Shown here one piece after another: positions 1 to 12,339 of a stretch of 64,000 nucleotides of DNA. Position 1 is the first letter of the stretch, and each line of letters opens with the position of its first letter. This stretch comes from Cycas panzhihuaensis. Its lineage: Eukaryota; Plantae; Cycadophyta. The notes below the pieces were generated by a model. The model was not told where the DNA came from. It ran no database searches and worked only from the letters and a program-made list of their open reading frames with translations. The stretch covers positions 121,651,741 through 121,715,740 of the forward strand of contig CM041465.1 in NCBI GenBank assembly GCA_023213395.1, read 5' to 3'. A program made the position numbers and the translations under genes.

Positions 1-2060
1 TCACGGTCACTTAAGGACATTTGGGTGCACTGCATATATGTACATCCCCGATTAGCAAAGATCTAAGTTAGATAAACATAGTCTAAAATGCATATTTGTA
101 GGCTATGCCACTCATAATAAAGCTTACAAGTTGTATGATCCTATTGGGAAGAAAATGCATCTCTCAAGAGATGTAATCTTTGATGAAGAAGAGCATAAGG
201 AGTTGGAATCTGGATCCATCCAATCTCCTCTTGATAAAGGTAAAAGGATTGTTGAGTTTTTCCTTCCCTCTCAATCTTCCATATCATGTACATCATCTGC
301 ACCAGCTAGACCGTCTACATCATCACATACTACTCCACTTGATCCTAGCACATCTTCTTTTGATCCATCACTCAGACCAGAAGACATTGAGGTTCAAGCC
401 ACGTCAGTTAAAAAATTGCCAAAATGGTTTACACAAACTGTTCAAGACGGCCAAATTATTGAAGGAAAACGTCCATCAAAATATAGCCAGCAAACCAATT
501 ATGCACTTATGGCTGATGTGCTTTGTGTTGATGAGCCCTCCACCTTTGAGGAGGCATCTCAAAATGACAATTGGAAAGCTGCTATGGATGGAGAAATCCA
601 TTCTATTGAAAAGAATGGAACATGGGATTTGGTAAAATTGCCAAAGCATAAACAGGCAATCAATAGCAAATGGGTCTACAAAACCAAATTCCATTCTGAT
701 GGTACACTCAAGCACCAAAAGGCCCGACTTGTTGCAAAGGGTTTCAAGCAAAAAGAAGGCATTGACTATGAAGAGACTTTTGCAGTTGTTGCCAATATGA
801 ACACCATCAGACTCATCTTGGCCTTAGCTACTCAATGCAAATGGCCAGCATATCAGATGGATGTGAAGAGCGCCTTTCTCAATGGTGATCTTCAGGAGGA
901 AGTATATTTGGAACAACCTCTTGGTTACAAAGTATAAGGTAAGGAGCACTTGGTTTGTCGCTTGAAAACGGCTTTGTATGGCTTGAAACAAGTTCCTCGT
1001 GCATGGTATTTCAAAATCGATGACTATTTTTTGAGACATGGTTTTTATCGATCCACATCGGACCCCAACTTGTACATCAAAGTTGAGAAAAACGATGTTA
1101 TCTTTATTGTTTTGTATGTTGACGACTTAGTGATCACTGGTAATGACACTAAGATGATACAGATTCTCCAAGATGATTTGAAGAGAACTTTCATGATGAC
1201 AGATCTTGGACTTCTACATTATTTTCTGGGCTTTGAGGTATGGCAACAACTTGTGTCTATTTTCATATCCCAAGCAAATATTCTTGGGACATTTTGTAGC
1301 GGTTCAGGATGCATGACTGCAAACTAGCACCAACGTCTATGGAGAATGGAACAGAGCTTATTCTTAATGAGGAAGCTGAACCTGCAGATCCCACTCTTTA
1401 CCCGCAGTTGATTGGTAGCCTCATTTATCTCACCAACACTCAATTGGATATCTCATTTACAGTTGGGATTTGTTCTAGATACAAGTCTCAACCCAATCAG
1501 AAATATTGGAATGCAACAAAACGCATACTCAAATACATCAAAGGAACATTGCAGCATGGCCTTCAATATGCACATAATGAGGACTTCATCTTGGAAGGAT
1601 TCTGAGATTTTGATTGGGCAGGTTGTCAGGATAGTCGGAGATCCACCTCGGGTTACTGCTTTACCCTTGGTTTAGGAGTTGTTTCATTGAATTGCAAGAA
1701 GCAACCCAATGTTACCTTGTCCTCCACTGAAGTAGAGTGCAAAGCTGCTATCAGTGCAGCTTGTGAGGCTATTTGGCTACGACGGATTCTTGGGGAGCTT
1801 GGACTTAAGCAAAATCACCCCACCAGGATATATTGTGACAATCAGAGTGTACTCAAGTTGGCCAAGAATCTAGTCTTTCATGCACAGACCAAACACATCA
1901 AGGTTCATCATCACTTCATTAGAGAGCATGTGTAGCATGGTGAGATCAACCTCAAAGATGCGGACCTACAGAGGAGCAGACAACAGATATCTTTACCAAG
2001 CCTCTTGGTAGAGAAAAAATTGTAAAATTCAGAGATGGTCTTGGCGTCCGACTTACATTG
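1..2060 (+). pseudogene. Ty1/copia pol 3' part (integrase C-terminus, RT, RNase H), degenerate
   Basis: Motifs KARLVAKG, QMDVKSAFLNG, LYGLKQ, LYVDDL, CDNQS and TKHI are spread over ORFs broken by stops and frameshifts. Very similar to 40900-42950. Confidence 0.95.
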
Positions 2061-2077
2061 TAAACAATAAGGGAGGG

Positions 2078-2631
2078 TTTTAAACCTTATGTTTAAATGT
2101 TAAGTATGTACTTTATTCACTTTATTCTTTTATTCATTACGTTGTACTTTATGGGGTGACTTATCACTTAAGTGATAAAGTGCACACCCACATTCCTCCT
2201 AGTGACATAACATTGTAACTAAAGGGTCAAATGGATCCTCATGCGTCTTTGCTCACTTAAGGGCCCAAAGGGACACGTCCTTCATGCATGACATGCAAGA
2301 CATACATTTCATATAGCTTGGATGTTTGCCACTTGTCAAACATCCACCACTGTTAGGTAACCTCAGTTACTCTATATATTGAGACCTCTCCTCGTGTCTC
2401 ATATGTAGAATTTGAGTGTAATGTTATGCTACCAGTTTGCTAATCAATTGGTATTCTTTGGAGTAGGACTAATTCCTTCTCCTCATACTTTGGTATCACC
2501 TTGTTCCTTTGATCTTGGTCTTGCTTATCTTTTAGTTTTGCTCTTATGGTTTCTAGAACTAGAAGTGAACTATCTTCATGATCTTGAATTTTATTGGTCT
2601 TAGGTATTCTAATCCTTTGACCTTCTCAACA
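2078..2631 (+). mobile_element. 3' LTR of the copia element at the window start
   Basis: Follows the PPT AATAAGGGAGGG (2066-2077), starts like the LTR at 36127 (TG mutated) and ends CAACA. Confidence 0.75.
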
Positions 2632-2799
2632 GTTGAATAAAAGGAGATTCGAAAAGGGTGTTATTGGAGATGTGAATTCCAAGGAAAGCACGATACGACC
2701 ATGTAGATCAACTCTACCTTGCTTGTTCTAGATTTGGTTTGGCCAACTGTTGGATCTATTTGAAAGATTAGGGCTGGTCCAATTCATTGCCTAGTCCTC

Positions 2800-3878
2800 C
2801 ATCTTTGATCACTCCCTTTAGTTGTTGGATCTTCTTTGTAAGATTAGGGTTGTTAGTGTGTTTGAAGGTGGAACTTAAGTGGCAAAAGCCTCCAAGTCAT
2901 CTGCTAGCTTCAAGAGCATGTTTTAAACAACTTGAAAAATATAGTTGTTATCAACATGTTTAATGTAAATAATATCAAATTAGCAAGACAAGATAACTTT
3001 TAAGAATGAAAGAAACAAACAAAAAAATTGTTGATTATAAATGAATTTTGGGTATATGTATCTGGGAAAAGTTCCAAACTTGTTCTTGTTGAAAGTCCAA
3101 TAGATAGAAATGTAATCATTTATCATGATCTTGCTTTGGTTGATGCTTGTAAAGCTAAGGATGAAATAGTATTAGCATTTCTTCATATGATTGTGGATAC
3201 TACTGTTGATCAAAACATTGCATGTGCTTCTACTTCTAAAGAAGCTTGGGATAGACTGATTGCATTGTATGAAATACGAGATGATGTTTGCATTGTAATG
3301 ACAGAAGCCAAGTTATTTACTTTGAGATTTGTTGAGCCTATGATGGCATTTTTGTCCTCTATCAAAGAGATCAATATTGAGTTGACTACACTTGGGAAAC
3401 TAGCTTCCAATCAAGACCTTGTCATTGTCACAATTCATGCATTGCCATAGGAGTACAGTGGCTTCATTTCTTCAATCACATGAGGAGGCACACTTGGTGC
3501 CATGACTTTCAATCAAATTGAAAGTCTTTTACTATGAGAGGAGCAAATTTGCTTTCACGAGGGTGAGACATCTACGTCAAGAGCTTTCACTACCAAGTAT
3601 AAAAGCAAACAAACTCCCAAACCAAATCTCAACAAACAATTTTGGAACTTGAATATTGGCACATCTAAAGCCAACACTATTGTTTACCATTATTGTGGGA
3701 AAAAGGACCACATTCAACTAGAGTGCTAGAAATGTTAGCTCAACATACAACAATAGCAGCAACACCAACCACAATAACAACAACAGAGACCACAACAACA
3801 GTAGCAACAACTCCCCCCCTTGTAGACCAAATCGAGGTGGATTTCGAGGAGGTCACAGAGGAAGGGGGCATTCAGAGT
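2800..3878 (+). pseudogene. Copia 5' UTR end and gag fragment
   Basis: NEFWVYVSG...EAWDRLIALYE and a degenerate zinc knuckle; collinear with 38660-39730. Confidence 0.85.
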
Positions 3879-4499
3879 TGATAGGCTCATCTAATATCCT
3901 GGGCAGGTCCCTATTGGATGAGGAAGTAAAGAAAGGCAAAGATCTTAAATTGGTTAGCTAGCCAGTAGGTTTAATTACCAACCTTTGAGCCTCCAATGGG
4001 ATGGTTGAGGGTTGAATCCTTGACCCAAATAGAGTTTTTATCTCTTTGAAAGTAAAATATGAGACTTCATACACCTGAAAGTTCATAGAGCGAAAAGAAG
4101 ATATTTTGAGGTCCTCGCAATGGACTCATTATGCCTAGCATTAAATGTTCAGTTTTGTAATGTCATCCTAGCCCTCTCTATGTTTGTTTAAAGATTTTTT
4201 CATTTATTTGGTGTGCATTCATAATTTTTCTACTGCAATCCAAAATATTTTTATGTTTATATTTATCTTTCAAAGTTACTCGTTAAAGCTTTGTTCACTA
4301 CACGTTGGTATTTCCTTTCTTTATTTCCACTGATTTCTTCAACCTACAGGGCTTTATTCCTTTCTTGTATTCCACTGAAATATAGGTACTTATTCACTGC
4401 AAATGGTTTCATTTTAGCAATTGGTAGCTCTTGAATTGGATTTATAAATCTTCTTAAGTAAGGAAGTCAGTTCTTAGGAAGTCTTGTGGGTGAAGTAAG

Positions 4500-4830
4500 C
4501 AATAATAGAATAGCATTAGCCGTATATCTAAGGCTCTAAATCACAATAGGATATAGCTACTAATAGAATAACATCGGCCTTATATTTACCTATTAAAATA
4601 GTGCCATCTGATATATAATAGCCCTTGTCATTTGATAGATGAAAATTAAGATAGTGCCATCTCATAGATGATAGCCAATCCAAAAGCTTGATAGTGTATG
4701 ACTACTAATCAAATAGAAATAGCCTTGGATCTAAGGCTCTTAATAGGCATAGCGATAGCTACTAATAGAATAGAAATAGCCTTATATATACCTATTAAGA
4801 TAGTGTCATCTAATAGACAATAACTAATCT
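4500..4830. repeat. Degenerate modular repeats, with an inverted copy at ~5900-6090
   Basis: Recurrent AATAGAA(A)TAGCCTT..ATCTAAGGCTCT and CCTATTAAGATAGTGCCATCT modules; the reverse complement of 5900-6090 aligns to them. Confidence 0.6.
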
Positions 4831-5070
4831 GAAAGGGTGAGGGTAGTTCTGAAAGGAGGAGATAAACTCTAGTCGGGCCCTCACTTTATTGATTGATTTA
4901 AGGGGATAACGACCAACATTTTTATCCCCAAATCCTTCAATCTAATTGATAAGGGCACAATGATTTGTTGAAAAAGCCCCCAAGCCCTGGGCATTCAGGT
5001 CTCCCCTGGCCCTATTTCTTAGTTCTTCCTTCGATAAACCCTTTGTGTATGATCACAAACTTGGGACCAA

Positions 5071-5525
5071 CTCTGATACGAATTGTGGCAATACTTGTGC
5101 ATTTATGATAGAAAATAATAATAGTTATAGCATAAAACATTCATAACATAATCATCTGAGCATTCATAATAGTAGATTTCCATAGTGATCTAGAGATAAT
5201 AGCAAATCACAGAATAATAACGTATTTGCACAAGAAATAATGTAAAATATCAAATGAAATAACAACAAAATGGCCTCTTCTAGGGGGGAGCGTTTCCTCC
5301 CAAATAGCATAGCAGTTCTTTAATGGCTCTAGGCCATTAGTCTAACTCAAAGATGAAATTCTCCAAAGTTGTTTTGCAAATGAAAATGGTCTCTATTTAT
5401 AGCCCTATTTTTACTCTCTCTCTAAAACTCAATTTCTTTATTCTGTCTCCTAAAATATCAACTTCACATTAATAATTCCTCCTTTATTCTCCTAAAATTG
5501 ACTTCACATAATTAGGAATGCCATA
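5071..5525 (-). mobile_element. Truncated LTR element: 5' LTR (5084-5525) plus degenerate tRNA-iMet PBS
   Basis: Termini TGTGGCA...TGCCATA; CTCTGATACG at 5071-5080 is a PBS in reverse; reverse TATA (TATTTATAG) at ~5394. Confidence 0.7.
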
Positions 5526-6129
5526 AGGCTCCACTACCATCTATAGTGTAGGGCCCAATCTAATAGTGATCTATCTTATGGGATCTCATAAAGCCTCCTA
5601 TCTAGGCTTGGATACTATTATCTAGTTGTATGGTTCTTGATGTGCTTTTGAAGTCCAATCTTGCTCAAAAAAGTGGTTTGGAATTTGATGCATGTCATAT
5701 ACGATGCCATAAGTTGATGCATATCATATACGATGCCAGTCGAGTGGGTACTCACCTACTATTTCACATTCAATCTATTTCCTCTTGGCGAGCTATAGTA
5801 ATTGCTCCCATGAAGGCAACTAAAAATATTATAGAAATAAATTTGAATGGAAGGAAAAAATCAATTGATAAATGAGCTCCAATACATTGCATGTTGTTTG
5901 TTAAGAGTCTTAGATGTAAGGCCATTACTATATATTCCATAATCATATCCTATTGTTCTTTAAAGTCTTAGATCCAAGGATGTTGCTATATGATCAGTAG
6001 CCATATACTATCAAGCAGTATTCTTAACTATTGTCTATTAGACGGCATCATCTTAATAGGGAGATCTAAGGCTATTTCTAGCCTTTAACCGTCACTTTGC
6101 TTGTTAGAGCATCAGACAAGACCTTTTCA

Positions 6130-7614
6130 CAAGTCAAATTGATCATGTCATTCAAGTGTGCAATGTACATCAATGATGGTTCATTAATATCCATTGATTT
6201 AGAAGACTACTCCATTACCTTGTACAAAGAAGATTGATAGGGGTCAGGCAATCGCCTCTCTAGTAACCCCATGAAAGCCTTTTGACTTCACTTGTATGGC
6301 TTGCACCTAAGGATCTAGACCCTAGGCATTATGGTTGTTGTAGCTACCACTGACTGAGTCGAGAAACATGAAATAGGCAAGATCAATATGGACATGCCTT
6401 GTTTGGAGGATATCTACGATGATATCAATACAATGATCAAGCAGATCCATGATGTTAGTTGTTTTGTAAAGAGGCCTGATCATGAATACTTTTGGCAAGA
6501 AGTTCATGGTATAATGAATGCAAGGTGAGACAAATTCAACACCCACTTATACAACTTGGCTGATGCATTGAATCCAAGGTATTATGTAGTGGGCCCAACT
6601 CAAATGCAGCAAATAGAAACAGGATTTCTAGCAAATAAAGATAATCTTCACAGATATTCGCCACAAATTTTATGCAATTAACAATGGTAATTCTCCATAG
6701 AGATAACAATTTTAGCAGATAACATATATTTATAGCACATAAGTCTTCATAAAATATCACTCAGCAAACATAGTTCAACTATCCATGCAATACAACATCC
6801 ATACATTGATAAATAACGACAAAAGATGAAATGATAATAAATTAATAACAAAACTTGGTACATAATCCATTAGTTGCAACCCTCTTCGAGGTGGGAGTGA
6901 TCCTCCAATAGGCACAAGGCCTATATACAAAAGTGGTAATAAATTCTCCAAGATTGATTTACAAATGATCAAAGGATTTTCTATTTATAGCCTTTATTTT
7001 TTCTCTCACAACCAACTCCTAAATTCTCTCTCTACAAAAAACTAACTTCATAATAAAATATATTGAATGACTCTCTCTTTAATCCTCCTAATTTCATAAT
7101 AATAATTCCTTCTATAGAAAACCGACTACTTTATTTTGGGAATGCTACATATTATGACAGCTCTTGCATTATGTTTGAAATTAACAAAAAGCCCTCATGC
7201 AAGGACAAGGAGGTCTCCAATGGTTTCAAGGTAGCCCTTAAAACTTACTTTTGGATATGGATGATACCTTGGAAATCTTGACCCTATATTTGAATGTGTT
7301 CAAGTATTACTAGATAAAAGCAAGATGGATCTCGTCTCCTAGTGGATGAATAATGCTGTAGGGGTTGACTTCATGCAATCACGTAGCATTCACATTGTTT
7401 CACAAGCAATAAGCCCCTCTTTGACAAAGAGGAATTGGAGCACATATGGATTCACTCAGTCTATGGAGCGAAATGGGTTTGGGTCAAGTAAGACTGAAGT
7501 CTTGGCTTTTACACATTCTAACCTTCACATTCTTTCTCATGGTAAGGAGAATTACACAAAGGAGGGTCCTTTACAATTTTGGGATGTTAATCCCAAAAGC
7601 ACAAACTTAGAAGT
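6130..7614 (+). pseudogene. hAT transposase relic (catalytic region and C-terminal dimerisation domain), split by LTR insertions
   Basis: ..NAR*DKFNTHLYNLADALNPRYY resumes after the solo LTR as YDSS..KDKEVSNGFK, then SQAISPSLTKRNWSTYGFTQS..HSNLHILS, matching the hAT ERNWS motif. Confidence 0.85.
6585..7149 (-). mobile_element. Solo LTR inside the hAT transposase
   Basis: TGTAG...CTACA termini; TSD TATTA (6580-6584 and 7150-7154); the hAT frame rejoins on removal. Confidence 0.9.
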
Positions 7615-9769
7615 TGTGTGCTGCTCAACCTCGCACTGCTCTATAATCTACCATTCATACATAGAAATGCAACAAGCACATACAAGGATTGGAGCATAGA
7701 AACCAAGCTTTCATTATGGGCACTACGTCTAGTCCTCTCACAACCAGATGCAGGCCAGAGTGGAGTACATAGGCCACTAAAGCGGCAAAATTGAGAACAA
7801 GAAGAGACACACAATTGTCTTTGATTGTCCCTATTTGTTACAATATATTCGGTTATAGTAGTTTCAACCAACTAATTCCTAAGAATAACATAATTACATA
7901 ATTCATTTATTTATTCTCTGCTACTGCCTGCATGACATCATTCCTGCCCAGGATATGTCACTACTGCCCGAGTTGCACCAATGACTATTTAGGTTGCACT
8001 TGCTATCCTCCTGGTCGCACCTACTATCACCTTGGTTGCACCCAGTGCCTGTCTAGTTGCACCTAGTGTTTGTCTGGTTGTGCCATCCGTTCCTTTATAA
8101 TTGTTCAGCTGTTCCATTTAAAAATTGGCTACTATTTTTGTGGCGATCTTGACTATGTTGTGACTATTCCCAGCTGTTCCATTGCTGCTGCTATTACTGG
8201 AGCTTATTTCGCCACTCACATCTCCCTGGTGGCCACTTTGAAACAAGTAATTCTACTCGTTTCTACAAAATTTTCAAAATTCTTCTCCCTTCTCTTCCCC
8301 TTGTCTCCTTCTCCTTTCCTTTACTTTTATCATTTCTTCTTTTATATAGTCCAAATCTGGCTTGACAATCTATGGGGGAAGTCTTAAACCTTTCTGTTTT
8401 AGATATTCACATAACAGAGTGAAATCCCTCAAGGCATCCAATTGGGGTAATGTCATTTGTTTCCCTGAATGTAATTGTTCTATCTCCTGCTGCAACTTCG
8501 TATTCAATTTCTACGAATACTTCAGCTCTGATCAGTAAGATCTCATTTGTTGCCATAGCTCCCATGCACCGTTTTGATTCTTCCCAAGATTTTAAAACCC
8601 ATGCTCCCAACCAATAAAATACTTGTTGTAATTCTTCAGGGATCTCCTGATCAAAGCTTTCTTTGAATTTCTTCAGCTGTGGAGTGACTTCATCCACGGC
8701 ATCCACCCATTGTAATATGAACTTTTTAAAGGCTTCCAGTTTCTGTTCAGTTTCAAACAACTGTTGTTCTAACTGATAAATTCTTCATAGCTCAATTGTC
8801 GATGGCCTAGTTTTACTCTCCAGCTCTGTCACTAATTTTCTCGTTACCTAGGCCAGAAATGATGTCTTCCACCTTGACACATTTTGCAGTTCACATTTCA
8901 TAGGATCCAGTCCTTCTTCCAATATCCCCTTGTCTACATCGTATTCAATTTCTGGTGGCTCTTCTTTTATTTGATCAATCAGTTCCTGCTTTCTCTTTTC
9001 GTGGGCCAATTTTCTCCTTTTCTACCTTTTAATTTCATTTTCCACCAGTTTATGTTCTGTGTGTACTTCTTCTTGTTGAGAGAATGGATCTAGGGATCTA
9101 GTGCACTAACACTACACAATGGCAAATAGTGTAGACAAGCACAATGTACTCAACAAGAGAAATGCTAATAGCTTGAGCTCAAAGAGGAGAAGTGTAGAAT
9201 ATGATCACCCTCCATGTAATTTCAGCTTATATAATGAGAATGCTCATTAGGGTTTGGAATTTGAGTTTTCCCTCCCAATGGCTTTCAAATGAGATTACAT
9301 GAAATTACAATGACATGAACTTTATGTCATTTCACTTAAGTGACTTAAGCATAGTCACCTTATCCTAAAGTTATAAACATAAAAGTGACTATCTAATTCT
9401 AACTTTATGAAATGACCATGTGACAATAACATTGTCACAATCCCCCCATTAATGGCAGGAGGTCATTTTCCTTTATCCTATTCTAATCTATGAGGCCTTC
9501 ATTTTAGCCTCATCACTACATTGAGAAAAAAAAAATTCTACAACCTACAAGACACTTTTGTGGGAAAACCTTCAGGGGAATAAAAACCCACGGACTTGAT
9601 TTCCTATTCTATGAAGTGGTTCAAACGGCTCTTTGAGTGTAGTTAGATAGCCAAGCAGTACAAGTTGGTTGTGCAGCTTCAATTTGCTGAGTCTCCATAT
9701 ACCGTTTCGTCATCCCCCATGCCCTTTCGGGTTTTCATAGGTTCTGATTTTAGAAATAAGTACAACCCA

Positions 9770-9872
9770 ACTCCTTTCGCGCCCACAAGGGGTTTTCACG
9801 AATGGGAGAGAGTAGAGACTTACTCTAATCCTTCTGCGCCCAAAAGGGGTTTCCACGAATGGGATAGAGTAT
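9770..9872. repeat. Two-copy 57-bp tandem repeat in an LTR-like block
   Basis: GCGCCCA.AAGGGGTTT.CACGAATGGGA.AGAGTA at 9779 and 9836. Confidence 0.85.
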
Positions 9873-9899
9873 GCTGGTCCTGTGTGCCATCTCCTTCAA

Positions 9900-10787
9900 T
9901 CAGTTGGAGATGGAGGCCCTGAGGTCGAGCTGCTGTCGGAACTGTTCAAACTTCACCCTTTGCAGTAGTTTGGTGAAGATATCATCCACTTGATCTATTG
10001 TGGGGCAGTGTTCCAATTGTATTGTGCCGTCATGGACCAGTTCCCAGATCCTGTGGACTTTTGTACTAATCTGCTTTGTACGACCATGAAAAACAGGATT
10101 CTTGGCCATGTGGATTGCTGACTGATTGTCCACATGTAAGCTCGTTGCACATGTCTGGGTGATATCCAAAGTATGCAATAATTTGCGAAGCCATATCACC
10201 TCCTTGCTAGTCTCAGAAGCAGCTATGTATTCGGTTTCAGAAATAGAATTTGCAGTGATTCTTTGCCACCTTGACCGCCATGAAATTCGAGCTGTTCCAA
10301 GAAATGTGATGTACCCGGATGTTGATCTTCATGTATTTTTGTCACCGGCAAAATCCAAGTCTGTGTATGTTGTAAGTCTGAAATCATTGTTGTGCTCATA
10401 CAACAAACCAAGTTTGCTGGTTGTCTTTAGGTACTTCAACACTCGTATTGCTGTTTGCCAATGGTTCTGCTTTGGAGTTGTCATGTGACGGGCAAGAATG
10501 CCAACGGCATGGGCAATATCTGGCCTTGTGTTGGTAACATAAATGAGGCTACCTACAAGTTGCCGATAGAGTGTTACGTCTGCCTCTCGAGTGTCTTCAT
10601 CGGAAAGTTTGACATTGGGCTCCATTGGAGTATACATCGTTTTGACATCTTCTAATCGGAACTTGATTAGAAGATCGTTGATATATTTTCCTTGGGAGAG
10701 AAAGATTTTTCCATTACATTGAGTTTCCTCAATTCCCAAGTAATATCTCATTAGTCCGAGGTCAGACAGTTCGAAGGATTTTGACAA
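9900..10787 (-). pseudogene. Copia RT C-terminus and RNase H fragment
   Basis: FELSDLG, YRQLVGSLIY, TRPDIA and VDNQSAIHMAKNPVFH motifs. Confidence 0.92.
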
Positions 10788-10835
10788 GTCACACTTCTCC
10801 TATTTTTCTCTTTCCTAGTCTTATCCCCTCTTTCT

Positions 10836-11000
10836 TGTGTTCTTCTTTTTCTCCCTCTTGTGGAGCTTCTTCATCCTTTTGTTCTTCTCCTCCTCCTCCT
10901 TGGGCGGCTTCTTTTTTCTTTTGTTCTTCTCCCTATTCTCCTTGGGGGGCTTCTTTTTTCTTTTGTTCTTCTCCCTTTCCTCCTTGGGGGACTTCTTCTA
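10836..11000. repeat. 42-bp (14-codon) tandem repeat, about 4 copies
   Basis: GTTCTT anchors at 10839, 10881, 10923 and 10965; the minus strand reads EEQKKKEAPQG. Confidence 0.85.
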
Positions 11001-12339
11001 CCTTTACCTCTAATATATTTCTATTAATTATTGTTGCCTGATACCTCTTCTGCAACCATTCTTCTACCTTATTTTGTAACGCTATCTATTTTTCATCTTG
11101 TTTGAATGTATTTATCCAACAAGTCAGAGGTGCATGTTCTTCTCTAGACTTTGGCATTCCTAGCTCTGACATTGAGCAAATAACAACCCTTGAATCAAGG
11201 TAATATGATAGAATGTTGTCGTTCTAATTGATTCCCTAATCAATTGTAAATTCTGTAATAATTTCTGTGGCATAAGGCTGTCCCAATTAAATTGAGTACC
11301 CTGAGCCACCCTATTCACCATACTACGCAGATTAGCAAGGCATACAAGTTTTTCTGTGTTAATATAACTTTTGTAAAATAAAATGGGCCAGAAACCTCTT
11401 TTCTTCTGCTTTTATTCTTGCAATTTTTATTCCAAAACTTGAGGTATCCTTAGCATCCACTCCCATTTGTTGAGCCGTATTTTCTCTTGAAATTAAACTA
11501 TCTCTTCTTACTGGTTCGTCGTCCCTAGGAAGACCCATAATAGCCGCTACTGCTTCAAGTGATATCTGAATTAATTCAGGCTATTCTGCAATCATCAATG
11601 TTATAGAATTCACAAATCATAAGACCGGAGGAAATGTCCCAACAAGCACATATTTCTGGAATCCCACATCACACATTAACTTTTTGTGTATATCCCCATC
11701 CCGCATAAGTTGCCATTCTGACTGAATGCGGGGGTCGTCTGTCTCTTGAAAGACAACTTCCTTCGTCATTTGAATACAGTGTCTGCTCCTGCTACAATTG
11801 AGACAATTACCATGTTGTTCGAGTCGCTACTAAGTTGTAGAACCACTTTGATGTCGTTGAAGGAGTTGCTTAGGTACGTTGGAGTACATACGTTATTGGG
11901 TATTCTATACATGTCATTGAAGCCGCTTCTACTTCTGGTCGAATTTTGCTAGTTGTTCTCTCTTTGTTGCTCACACTGTCAGTCACTTGAACTTTGCTAT
12001 CGATCCTTCATTACTGCTAGTCCTTGAATTCTTCGTAGCGCACAAAAGGGACGGTGAAATGGCTTTTGTACGATTGTCTAGCGGGATTGGGATCCTTGGT
12101 TGTCCCATTGTTATTATGGTGCAGGGTGGTCGCACCTCCTGTTGTGCAAGCTACCTTTTTGGGTAGTTATTTACCGGCCACCCCATTAACAGAATATGAT
12201 TACCCTTACAATATTTCATAATTACTATTACATCAAATTATCCGGTTCCCTTTTCTGACTAGACAGTCCCACTCCCTTGGTTTCTGTGCTCTTTTTTTTT
12301 TTTTTTGGAAATGCTTTATACAATTTTATCCTACTGCCA

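Larger units (their letters stand above)
9074..10793 (-). mobile_element. Nested, deleted LTR element(s) containing a copia RT/RNase H fragment
   Basis: LTR 9074-9439 with PPT at 9440-9450; TSD CTTCT (9069-9073 and 10794-10798); only GTCACA is left of the other LTR; a second LTR-like block at ~9520-9889. Confidence 0.75.
8407..11769 (-). pseudogene. Extra 3' ORF of the gypsy element (env-like position), interrupted by the 9074-10793 insertion
   Basis: Sense-strand reading from MTKEVVFQE (11769) through a K/E-rich repeat and coiled-coil-like segments to the 8407-8760 ORF; several stops. Confidence 0.55.

Noticed and set aside
5800-5895. Second hAT transposase fragment
   Set aside because: The resemblance is too short and weak to call.
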